From: a bacterium
GTDB lineage: Bacteria > Ratteibacteria > UBA8468 > B48-G9 > DTJG01
Direction: 5' to 3'
NCBI GenBank assembly: GCA_029552985.1
Contig: JAKPDB010000121.1
Coordinates: 1-59,090, forward strand
DNA: 59,090 nt
The notes beneath the pieces are model-generated. The model had not been told where the DNA came from. It made no database searches and saw only the letters and a list, made by a program, of their open reading frames with translations. Made by a program: the position numbers and the translations under genes. Positions within the stretch are counted from its first letter, which is position 1. The number at the start of each line of letters is the position of its first letter. Positions 19,048 to 27,022 of the stretch are shown piece after piece.

Positions 19048-19490
19048 TTTTCCCGACCAATGATTATTGTCACAGGTCCATCGTTGTGTATTTCCACAAG
19101 CATCTGCCGACCAAATTCACCTGACACAATGTTGCCAGAATAAAGATTTATACATGTTTCCACAAATTTATTGAAAAAGGTTTCTGCCTCTTGTGGATTC
19201 ATTGCCTGGAGAAAATCAGGTCTATTACCTCCCTCGGTGTTCGCATAAAGAGTAAATTGCGAAATCACCATCAAACCACCGGAAATATCAAGCAAACTCA
19301 GATTCATTCTATCCTGTGCATCTGCAAAAATTCTTAATTTTAATATCTTTCGCACCATGGGTTCTATCAATGTCTCATGATCATTCTTTCCAAAACCAAC
19401 AAAAACGACAAGACCCTTATCAATGCTACCTTTCAAAACACCATCAATTCTCAGACACGCGCGAACAACTCTCTGAACAACAAGTTTCAT
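19044..19490 (-). CDS. dtd: D-aminoacyl-tRNA deacylase
   Basis: MKLVVQRV, ISQFTL, GNRPDF, EIHNDGPVT. Confidence 0.95.
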   Translation of the reverse strand: MKLVVQRVVRACLRIDGVLKGSIDKGLVVFVGFGKNDHETLIEPMVRKILKLRIFADAQDRMNLSLLDISGGLMVISQFTLYANTEGGNRPDFLQAMNPQEAETFFNKFVETCINLYSGNIVSGEFGRQMLVEIHNDGPVTIIIGREK

Positions 19491-19543
19491 ATGTTTCCTT
19501 TTATTTTTTGGGTGATGAAATAGTTTATTCTAGACAAAGAAAT

Positions 19544-19572
19544 TTGACAAACCGTTGCAACAAAATTAAATT
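19544..19572 (+). promoter_or_regulatory. Promoter implying a leaderless dapF transcript
   Basis: TTGACA-17 nt-TAAATT ends 6 nt before the dapF ATG; no SD. Confidence 0.55.
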
Positions 19573-19578
19573 ATTTCC

Positions 19579-20376
19579 ATGCTCAAATTTATGAAAATTA
19601 CTGGTTCAGGCAATGATTTTGTCCTGTTCAATAATTTGGATGGAAAAATAACAAACCGCAGAAAACTTGCTATTGAGGTCTGCAGATTTAAATATGGAGT
19701 GGGTGCAGACGGTGCGATATTTCTTGAAAAAAGTAAAAAGGCAGACTTCAAAATGCGAATTTTTAATTCAGACGGTTCTGAAGCAGAAATGTGTGGAAAT
19801 GGTTTAAGATGCCTGATTCGCTTTATCCACGAACAGAAAGTTTCAAAGAAAAAACAGCTCTCCATCGAGACCATTGCAGGCATTTACAGTACGCGGTTTA
19901 ATAATCCAGATGTTTCAATAAGAATGTTTCTGGTGGAAAAACCCAAACTTAATCAGTTGATAGAACTCAATGGGGAAAACATTGTTGTTCACTGGCTCAA
20001 TACTGGCGTGCCTCATGCGGTCATACCTGTTAGAAATGTAGAAAGTGTAGATGTACCAACATTGGGTCGGCTTATCAGAAACCATAAGATGTTTCAGCCA
20101 GCAGGGACCAATGTTGACTGGCTCGAAGTCATAGACAGTCATCACGGAAAGGTCCGCACATACGAACGCGGGGTTGAGGATGAAACACTTGCCTGCGGAA
20201 CCGGAATTGTTGCAAGCGTTCTCTGTGGCGCAATGCTTGAAAAATTCATCAGCCCTGTTGAGATTGAAGCCCGCTCAGGAGAAAAACTGAAAGTCACATT
20301 CTCCAGGGATTTCAGCGAAATATTTTTTGAAGGTGCGACAAAATTGATTTTTGAGGGACGATGGATTAACAGGTGA
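19579..20376 (+). CDS. dapF: Diaminopimelate epimerase
   Basis: GSGNDF, GVGADG, NSDGSEAEMCGNG, NTGVPHAV, TYERG, TLACGTG. Confidence 0.96.
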   Translation: MLKFMKITGSGNDFVLFNNLDGKITNRRKLAIEVCRFKYGVGADGAIFLEKSKKADFKMRIFNSDGSEAEMCGNGLRCLIRFIHEQKVSKKKQLSIETIAGIYSTRFNNPDVSIRMFLVEKPKLNQLIELNGENIVVHWLNTGVPHAVIPVRNVESVDVPTLGRLIRNHKMFQPAGTNVDWLEVIDSHHGKVRTYERGVEDETLACGTGIVASVLCGAMLEKFISPVEIEARSGEKLKVTFSRDFSEIFFEGATKLIFEGRWINR

Positions 20377-22529
20377 TACCCGTTAATATTCCAAGGTCTT
20401 GCATCTTTCTATTTCCTTTCGCATTAGGTATCCTGATACAAAAACTGTTTCCAATTCCATTTGAGTATCTATCAATTCTTTTTATTTTTTCAGGCATCAT
20501 TTCCCTGTGTCTTGCGATTATATTCAAAAGAATTGCCTGGATTTTCTTTATCATTTTCACCATTATCACAGGAATATTTCTTGCTGGAAATTCTGACATA
20601 GGTTATGAAAAAACCCTACCGGTGCCTCCAGAAAGAATTGACGCTGTAACAGGTATTGTAAAGGATGTGAGAGAAAAGGGTGTCTTTCTTCTGATTACTC
20701 TCGAAAAAACTATGGTATGGGATAAACATAAGTGGCTTGATGCAAAAGTCAACATCCGCACAATATTGCCCGGGAACCAACAAATCTACAACTATGACAG
20801 GCTTATCCTTTATCAAATAAAAAAAATTAATCAGGAAAATGGCGAGATTACCATTACATCAAAATCCCGCTCCATAGTAAAAAATAGTGAATCCATTTCT
20901 AAATACCAGCAATTTAATCAAAAAATTAGTGCAGTGACAGAAAGCATAATTAAAAAATGGTTCAAATATCATGGACAACAGGCCGCAATCTTCAGAATGA
21001 TGGTGTTAGGAAACAAACGACAATCCCTGGAAATTAAAAACATTTTTATTAAAACAGGAACATATCATCTTCTGATAGTTTCAGGACTTCATTTAGGATA
21101 TGTTTTGCTTTTCTTAAGAATTCTTTTTTTTCTGTTCAGACACATCGAGCAGGCACACTATAAATTTTTCGATTTCCTGTATCTTTTTGCAATTGGAATC
21201 TATGCCGTAATTACTGGTTTTAACACACCTGTGGTGAGAGCAACACTGATGCTGGCTGTGTACCTCATTGCAGAAATTCTTGAAAGACCCATCAATGGCA
21301 TTGAATCCATTGGCTGGGCTGGATTTATCATCCTTTTCATTAAACCTGAGGAACTTTTTAATATGGGCTTTCAACTTTCATTTGCAGCAACAACAGGAAT
21401 TATTCTGACCATGCGTAATACCCCGCAAATAAAAAGAATACCTGAGTGGCTTGATACGTATATCAGAGCCATTGCTGGCGCCCAGATATTTACAATACCA
21501 GTTCTTGCTGCAAACATTGGAAGTTTTTATCCTGCTGGTTTTGTCACAAACTTTTTTCTCGTGCCTGTGGGCGGACTTGTGGTTTGTTTAGGTCTTGGTT
21601 TTCTTATCTTCGGATTTTTAAGAAGTATAATAATTTTCCCCCTGATTAAAGGACTGGATTTATTCTGGATTAGCAACAAACTTTTCTCAAATGTGTCGCC
21701 AGAAATACCATGGTCACCAGACATTATTTCTGTACTCCTGGTGTATTCCATCATCCTGATGATTCTTTTCAGAAACAAATGGAAATTTTTCGCCAGTATA
21801 TCGCTACTATTGATTGTAGTTTCGATAATAAATTTAAAAACAGAAAAATCGGCACAACAATTACCGATAGAATCCCATCAACATTCAGGCGAAAGCATTA
21901 CAATTTTTCCATGCAGGAAGCTTCTCTGTTCTATAGAAAAAGAAAATCGCTTGATTCTCATTGTCTCGGAAAAAGAGAATGAAACAACATTGAATTCTGC
22001 TCTGGAAAATCTATCAAAAACAAATAAAAACATTGTTTTTTTCTTTACCGCGCCAACCCATGACATTATCGGCGATTTAGAATTTCTTCTATCTCGCGTA
22101 AAACCTGTGCTTATTATTGACAATCCTGAAATTCGGAAACATCCTGCTTTTGGATATAGAAAGTCCTTCATCCTGGGAAACATGCATATAAAACAGGATT
22201 GCTGGAAATTTCTTGTTCCAGGCGAAGGGATTAGAATTGTTTATGATGACGGCAAAAATATGGTGATAGAATATCATTCAAAAAAAGGTACCATCCTCAT
22301 TGCAACATATCTGAATTCAAAAATTTTTGAGGTGCTACCATTTTCACCGCGATATCATGCGGTATATGCAACTAAACTGGCACTTTCAAAAAAACTCGCA
22401 GAATATTTTCAGGAATACCAGGTATCACAGGTCATATACCAGAAATTGACGTACAATACTCTTGAAAAGATGGAAGCATTACCAGATCTTAGAATTGTTG
22501 AATTAAAGAAAACATTCACAATTGATTAA
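20373..22529 (+). CDS. comEC: ComEC/Rec2 family competence protein with a degenerate C-terminal domain
   Basis: GTYHLLIVSGLH, PVVRA, GFQLSF competence-domain motifs; multiple TM helices. Confidence 0.85.
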   Translation: MIPVNIPRSCIFLFPFALGILIQKLFPIPFEYLSILFIFSGIISLCLAIIFKRIAWIFFIIFTIITGIFLAGNSDIGYEKTLPVPPERIDAVTGIVKDVREKGVFLLITLEKTMVWDKHKWLDAKVNIRTILPGNQQIYNYDRLILYQIKKINQENGEITITSKSRSIVKNSESISKYQQFNQKISAVTESIIKKWFKYHGQQAAIFRMMVLGNKRQSLEIKNIFIKTGTYHLLIVSGLHLGYVLLFLRILFFLFRHIEQAHYKFFDFLYLFAIGIYAVITGFNTPVVRATLMLAVYLIAEILERPINGIESIGWAGFIILFIKPEELFNMGFQLSFAATTGIILTMRNTPQIKRIPEWLDTYIRAIAGAQIFTIPVLAANIGSFYPAGFVTNFFLVPVGGLVVCLGLGFLIFGFLRSIIIFPLIKGLDLFWISNKLFSNVSPEIPWSPDIISVLLVYSIILMILFRNKWKFFASISLLLIVVSIINLKTEKSAQQLPIESHQHSGESITIFPCRKLLCSIEKENRLILIVSEKENETTLNSALENLSKTNKNIVFFFTAPTHDIIGDLEFLLSRVKPVLIIDNPEIRKHPAFGYRKSFILGNMHIKQDCWKFLVPGEGIRIVYDDGKNMVIEYHSKKGTILIATYLNSKIFEVLPFSPRYHAVYATKLALSKKLAEYFQEYQVSQVIYQKLTYNTLEKMEALPDLRIVELKKTFTID

Positions 22530-23724
22530 CAGTCATAACAACCCTGTTTCTGCCAAGTTTTTTTGCTTGGTACAGAGCATCATCTGCTTTTTTAATTAGT
22601 TCTTCAGGACCTTGTGCATCTTCAGGAAAACAGGCAATACCAAAACTTATTGTCAGGTCTTTCTCTGGCTGGTTTTCTTCACCGGGAAATTTGATTTCTG
22701 AGATTTTTTTTCTTATGTTTTCACATATTCTGTAAGCGGTATTTTTGTCAGTTTCTGGAAAAACAATCACAAATTCTTCTCCGCCATATCTTGCCACAAT
22801 ATCTGCACCCTTGACACTCTGATGAAGAATTCCGGCCATGTCCCTCAAAACCCTGTCACCCGCAAGGTGTCCATTTGTATCATTATAATGTTTGAAATAA
22901 TCTATATCGCATATAGCAAGAGAAACACTGAAATTTTTCTCTTTTGCCTGCTTGATAATTTTGTTCAAATAGTCAATAAAATGCCGCCTATTGTAAAGAT
23001 GAGTCAGTGGGTCTGTAATTGATAAAACCTTTGTTTGTGCCATCAATTCTGCATTTTCAAGTATAAGCGAAATTGGAATTGATATCATTCTGAGCAAAGA
23101 AAGGTCTCTCTGCGTAAAATTTCTTTTATCTTTCGAAAAGATTCCTATTACACCTGCCAGTTGATTTCTCTTACCCACCAATGGAGCAAGGATAAAAGAA
23201 GAAATACCTTTTTCTTCGAGAAATCTGTATTTTGGAAAAGAACCAGGATTGTTTATCAAAATTGGGTATTGATTTGTTGCAATTTCTTCAAATGTCTCCT
23301 CTGGAAGATTTAGATTTTCTCCTTTTATTTCCTGAAAAAAATGCTCGCCAAATAATTGCACAATGATCGTTTCATTTTTAAAAAAATTACTGATACTCTG
23401 AGTAACCCGTTGAAGAGTTTCTTCAATAGAAATATCCTTGCCAAAAATTTCCATCATTTCAACAATTGCGACAAAAAGCGCTGATTCCATCGCATAATCG
23501 TTAATCATCAATCTCTGCCGTTCAATTTCTTTTGTCAGCAAATTGATTTTTGTGTTAAACAGGATGTGCCCAATTATACTTACGATAAGTACGAAACTGA
23601 TGATCAGGTCAAGAACCACAAGATAGTATATGTTTTCGTGCTGGTAGCCTTTGAGGTAGGATACATTTAACCAGACAAGATAACCTGCGATAATAAGAAA
23701 AATAATGTTTCTAACTTTTAGCAG
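22516..23724 (-). CDS. Membrane-anchored GAF-GGDEF diguanylate cyclase
   Basis: TDPLTHLYNRR, DIDYFKHYND..GH, ARYGGEEF; frame is open 35 codons upstream of the tracked GTG 23619 to a CTG at 23724, adding another hydrophobic segment. Confidence 0.88.
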   Translation of the reverse strand: MLKVRNIIFLIIAGYLVWLNVSYLKGYQHENIYYLVVLDLIISFVLIVSIIGHILFNTKINLLTKEIERQRLMINDYAMESALFVAIVEMMEIFGKDISIEETLQRVTQSISNFFKNETIIVQLFGEHFFQEIKGENLNLPEETFEEIATNQYPILINNPGSFPKYRFLEEKGISSFILAPLVGKRNQLAGVIGIFSKDKRNFTQRDLSLLRMISIPISLILENAELMAQTKVLSITDPLTHLYNRRHFIDYLNKIIKQAKEKNFSVSLAICDIDYFKHYNDTNGHLAGDRVLRDMAGILHQSVKGADIVARYGGEEFVIVFPETDKNTAYRICENIRKKISEIKFPGEENQPEKDLTISFGIACFPEDAQGPEELIKKADDALYQAKKLGRNRVVMTVNQL

Positions 23725-24082
23725 AGGCCTGTGTCACCTCCCTGACCTGCTGAATTATTTGATTGAACTGTTCTGGACTATTATAAGCCATTTCTGCAAG
23801 CATCTTTCTGTTTATGGTAATTCCAAGACAGTTTAATCCATGAATAAATGTACTGTAAGACATACCATTTGCTTTGCAAGCAGCAGATATCCTTGTAATC
23901 CAGAGACTTCGAAAATCTCTCTTTTTCTGTCTTCTGTCCCGATATGCATAGGTAAGCCCTCTTTCTGCAAATTCCTTTGCTCTTTTATACTGCTTTGAAC
24001 GACCCTGTCTATATCCCTTTGCGAGTTTGAGAATTTTTTTCTTTCTGTGTCTTCCTGCTGGTTTATTTGTAGCTCTTGGCAT
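23711..24082 (-). CDS. rplT: 50S ribosomal protein L20
   Basis: KILKLAKGY, YAYRDRRQKKRDFRSLWITRI, INRKMLAEMA. Confidence 0.97.
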   Translation of the reverse strand: MPRATNKPAGRHRKKKILKLAKGYRQGRSKQYKRAKEFAERGLTYAYRDRRQKKRDFRSLWITRISAACKANGMSYSTFIHGLNCLGITINRKMLAEMAYNSPEQFNQIIQQVREVTQASAKS

Positions 24083-24095
24083 TTTTTCTCCCGTT

Positions 24096-24293
24096 TTATG
24101 AATACGGTAGCATCTTCTTTATCATCTTTGCCTGGGTTCCTCTAAGAACTTTTGGTTTCGCAAGTCTTCTTTTTCTCTTTGCGCTCTTTTTTGTAAGAAT
24201 ATGGCTTTTGCCACTTCTATAGTGTAATACTTTTCCTGTCCCTGTAATTTTAAATCTTTTTGCCACTGATTTTCTCGTCTTCAATTTAGGCAT
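24096..24293 (-). CDS. rpmI: 50S ribosomal protein L35
   Basis: [21 protein letters not shown]...[14 protein letters not shown]; start ATG 24293. Confidence 0.96.
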   Translation of the reverse strand: MPKLKTRKSVAKRFKITGTGKVLHYRSGKSHILTKKSAKRKRRLAKPKVLRGTQAKMIKKMLPYS

Positions 24294-24311
24294 AAAAACT
24301 CCCTTTTTCAA

Positions 24312-24821
24312 TCAATAAGGAATCAGAATTACATTCAGAAATCTTCCTTCTTCCCGTGGACTCCTTTCCACCTTCGCAATGGGTCCAAGGTCATTAATAA
24401 GTTTTTGCAATATACTATAGCCCCGTTCTTTATGAAGTATCTCCCTGCCCCTGAATGCTACAGAAACTTTAACTCTGTGACCTTGTTTCAAAAAATCTTC
24501 TATATGTTGTTTCTTGAAATTATAGTCATGTTCGCTGATCTCAGGCCTCAGACGGATTTCTTTCATCTGAACTGCTTTTTGTTTCTTTTTTGCTTCCTTT
24601 TCTTTTTTCTTCTGTTCGTACAGAAAACGTTTGAAATCCAGTATTCTGCACACAGGAGGATTTGCGTTTGGCACAAGTTCCACAAGATCCATCAGACGTT
24701 CCTTTGCCATCGCTATGGCTTGGTCTCTCGGTACTATTCCTATCTGTTGACCGTCTTCTCCTATCAGTCGAACCTGAGATGCCCTTATTCTATAATTAAC
24801 ATTATACCTGCGTGGATCGAT
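24312..24821 (-). CDS. infC: Translation initiation factor IF-3, non-canonical ATC start
   Basis: The tracked ORF (24710) extends in frame through VNYRIRASQVRLIGEDGQQIGIV to an ATC at 24821 with AGGAG 5 nt upstream; PPVCRILD, KEIRLRPEI. Confidence 0.93.
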   Translation of the reverse strand: MDPRRYNVNYRIRASQVRLIGEDGQQIGIVPRDQAIAMAKERLMDLVELVPNANPPVCRILDFKRFLYEQKKKEKEAKKKQKAVQMKEIRLRPEISEHDYNFKKQHIEDFLKQGHRVKVSVAFRGREILHKERGYSILQKLINDLGPIAKVERSPREEGRFLNVILIPY

Positions 24822-24856
24822 ATTTTCTCCTTTTCCTCACTTATTTATCATATACT

Positions 24857-24884
24857 ATTATACAAAAAATTTTGATACTGACAA
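24857..24884 (-). promoter_or_regulatory. Internal promoter for infC-rpmI-rplT
   Basis: TTGTCA-16 nt-TATAAT between thrS and infC. Confidence 0.55.
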
Positions 24885-24885
24885 A

Positions 24886-26631
24886 TCAAAGGTCTATCTC
24901 TGTGGACTTATTTCTATCAATTTCCTTCAAATTTCTCACAAAATCTTCTAATGGCAAAACGGTTTTCCTCCCCTTTTTATGCAATCTGACAGCAACTGTT
25001 CCTGTCGATTGTTCTTTTTCGCCAACGATCACAATGACCGGAATTTTTTCATTCTCTGCCATGTGAATTTTCTTATTCAGAGATTCCTGAGACACATCCA
25101 CACCTGCCCTTATTTTGTTTTCCCTGCACAATTGTGCAACCTGTTGTCCATAGGGTATAAACCTGTCTGCAATCGTCAGAATTTTCACCTGCACAGGTGC
25201 CAGCCACAGAGGAAAATTTCCACTGTAATGCTCAATCAAGATGCCAAAAAATCTTTCAAGAGAGCCCATCACCGCCCTGTGTATCATGATAGGTCTTTCA
25301 AATTTATTCTCCTGATTCACATATTTCAAACCAAATCTTTCCGGGATATTGAAATCAACCTGAATCGTTGAACACTGCCAGGTTCTCTTGAGACAATCCC
25401 GTATCTTCAAATCAATCTTCGGGCCATAAAAAACCCCCTCGCCAGGATCGACTTGATAATCAAGATTTTTTTTCTTAAGTGCATTTTCCAGTGCCTGTGT
25501 CGCTTTTTCCCAGTTTTCAACAGAACCAACAAATTTATCAGGCCTTGTGGAAAGATAAATTTCGTATTCTGTGAAACCGAATTTTGAAAGAAAAAACATC
25601 ACAAGGTCAAGTACTTCCATAACCTCACTTTCTATCTGGTCTGGCCTGCAAAAAATGTGTGCGTCATCCTGGGTAAATCCCCTAACCCTGAGTACTCCGT
25701 GCAAAACTCCATCTTTTTCATACCTGTACACTGTGCCAAGTTCTGCCCATCGTATCGGGAATTCTTTGTAACTATGTAGTGTTGTCTGATAAATGAGAAT
25801 ATGAAAAGGACAATTCATAGGTTTTAATTGATAAGAAATGCCCTGCTCCATATTCATTGGCGGATACATATTTTCTCTGTAAAAAGAAAGATGCCCTGAC
25901 TTTTCCCACAATGAAATACTTGCAATGTGAGGCGTATATAACAATTGATATCCTCTTTCAAGATGGATCTCTCTCCAGAAATCTTCTATAATTTTTCTTA
26001 CAGTAGCACCAGCAGGATGCCAGTAAACCAGTCCTGGTCCAAAATCAGGCTGAAGAGAAAATAAACCCAGTGAAGGGCCCAGAATTCTATGGTCTCGTTT
26101 TTTTGCCTCTTCTACGGTCAGTAAATACTGGTCAAGTTGCTCTTTCTCAGGAAAACAGACACCATAAATTCTTTGAAGACTTTCCCGTTTTTCGTCGCCT
26201 CTCCAGTAAGCAGAAGAAACACCAGTCAATTTAAAATGTTTCACTTTGCCTGTTGACGAAACATGAGGACCAGCACACAGGTCAATAAATTCACCTTGTT
26301 TATAAAAACTCACCTTCTCGTCTTGAATTTCTGAAAGAATCTCGAGTTTGAAAGGTTCGTTTTTAAGAATTTCTTCTGCCTTTTTTCTGTCATATTCAAC
26401 TCTCTCAACAGGCAGATTTTCCTTCACAATGTTTTTCATTTCAGATGTAATGTTTTCTAAATCCTGAGGGGTAAACGGTTCGTTCCTAAAAAAATCATAA
26501 TAAAAACCGTTTTCAATCGCAGGACCTATACAGAGTTTTGTGTCCGGGTATAACCTTTTTACTGCCTGGGCAAGAATATGAGATGCCGTATGCCTTAATG
26601 CTTCAAGATTATTGTCAGAATTTTCGTTCAT
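24886..26631 (-). CDS. thrS: Threonine--tRNA ligase (no N-terminal TGS domain)
   Basis: RHTASHILAQA, DLCAGPHV, KRDHRILG, LKPMNCPFH, RVRGFTQDDAHIFC, FYGPK, MIHRAVMGSLERF. Confidence 0.97.
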   Translation of the reverse strand: MNENSDNNLEALRHTASHILAQAVKRLYPDTKLCIGPAIENGFYYDFFRNEPFTPQDLENITSEMKNIVKENLPVERVEYDRKKAEEILKNEPFKLEILSEIQDEKVSFYKQGEFIDLCAGPHVSSTGKVKHFKLTGVSSAYWRGDEKRESLQRIYGVCFPEKEQLDQYLLTVEEAKKRDHRILGPSLGLFSLQPDFGPGLVYWHPAGATVRKIIEDFWREIHLERGYQLLYTPHIASISLWEKSGHLSFYRENMYPPMNMEQGISYQLKPMNCPFHILIYQTTLHSYKEFPIRWAELGTVYRYEKDGVLHGVLRVRGFTQDDAHIFCRPDQIESEVMEVLDLVMFFLSKFGFTEYEIYLSTRPDKFVGSVENWEKATQALENALKKKNLDYQVDPGEGVFYGPKIDLKIRDCLKRTWQCSTIQVDFNIPERFGLKYVNQENKFERPIMIHRAVMGSLERFFGILIEHYSGNFPLWLAPVQVKILTIADRFIPYGQQVAQLCRENKIRAGVDVSQESLNKKIHMAENEKIPVIVIVGEKEQSTGTVAVRLHKKGRKTVLPLEDFVRNLKEIDRNKSTEIDL

Positions 26632-26667
26632 AAGTTGGATATCAAAATTAGTGATTTTGGTGTCTCT

Positions 26668-26739
26668 GCTCGCAATTTCTTACTTCGCTCAATTCTCACC
26701 CCTGTTGGTTGAAAATTTAAGCGGGGCCGACGGGGTTCG
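26668..26739. repeat. 72-bp direct repeat, copy 1 (3' 18 nt of tRNA-Asp plus 54 nt of trailer)
   Basis: GCTCGCAATTTCTTACTTCGCTCAATTCTCACCCCTGTTGGTTGAAAATTTAAGCGGGGCCGACGGGGTTCG is identical to 26796-26867. Confidence 0.95.
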
Positions 26740-26795
26740 GCGCCCTTCGCTCCCACTACGCTCAGGGTCGGCCACTCGCTGGAATTGCTGCGCTC

Positions 26796-26867
26796 GCTCG
26801 CAATTTCTTACTTCGCTCAATTCTCACCCCTGTTGGTTGAAAATTTAAGCGGGGCCGACGGGGTTCG
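26796..26867. repeat. 72-bp direct repeat, copy 2 (overlaps the tRNA-Asp 3' end)
   Basis: Exact copy 128 bp from copy 1; a 56-bp CGCTC-rich spacer lies between the copies. Confidence 0.95.
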
Positions 26868-26923
26868 AACCCGCGACCTCCGGATCGACAGTCCGGCATT
26901 CTAATCCGCTGAACTACGGCCCC
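26850..26923 (-). tRNA. tRNA-Asp (GTC), CCA not encoded
   Basis: GGGGCCG/CGGCCCC acceptor stem, CCGGA-CTGTCGA-TCCGG anticodon arm, GGTTCGAAC T-loop, discriminator G. Confidence 0.96.
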
Positions 26924-26934
26924 TGTCTCTTAAT

Positions 26935-26964
26935 ATTATAATCTTTTCCCTGTTCAGGTGTCAA
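26935..26964 (-). promoter_or_regulatory. Promoter of tRNA-Asp (possibly tRNA-Asp-thrS)
   Basis: TTGACA-18 nt-TATAAT ending 11 nt upstream of the tRNA. Confidence 0.65.
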
Positions 26965-27022
26965 AATTAATGATTTTCAGCGCCAGTACTTTGGGTTATA
27001 ATAAACATCATGAGGATAAACA

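Noticed and set aside
26612-26848. 78-aa plus-strand ORF over the repeat
   Set aside because: Antisense to tRNA-Asp and built from repeat sequence; the repeated peptide segments simply reflect the DNA repeat.
26632-26850. T-box riboswitch upstream of thrS
   Set aside because: No T-box consensus (GGTGGTACCGCG-like), specifier loop or terminator found; the region is explained by the repeat cassette.
26668-26867. Direct repeat pair as a mini CRISPR array
   Set aside because: Only two copies, the 72-bp unit is too long, it contains a tRNA 3' end, and there are no cas genes.
26722-26867. attL/attR of an intact prophage or integrative element at tRNA-Asp
   Set aside because: Only about 110 bp separate the tRNA-end copies, the duplication extends 54 nt beyond the tRNA, and no integrase or cargo is present. 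At most a relic.
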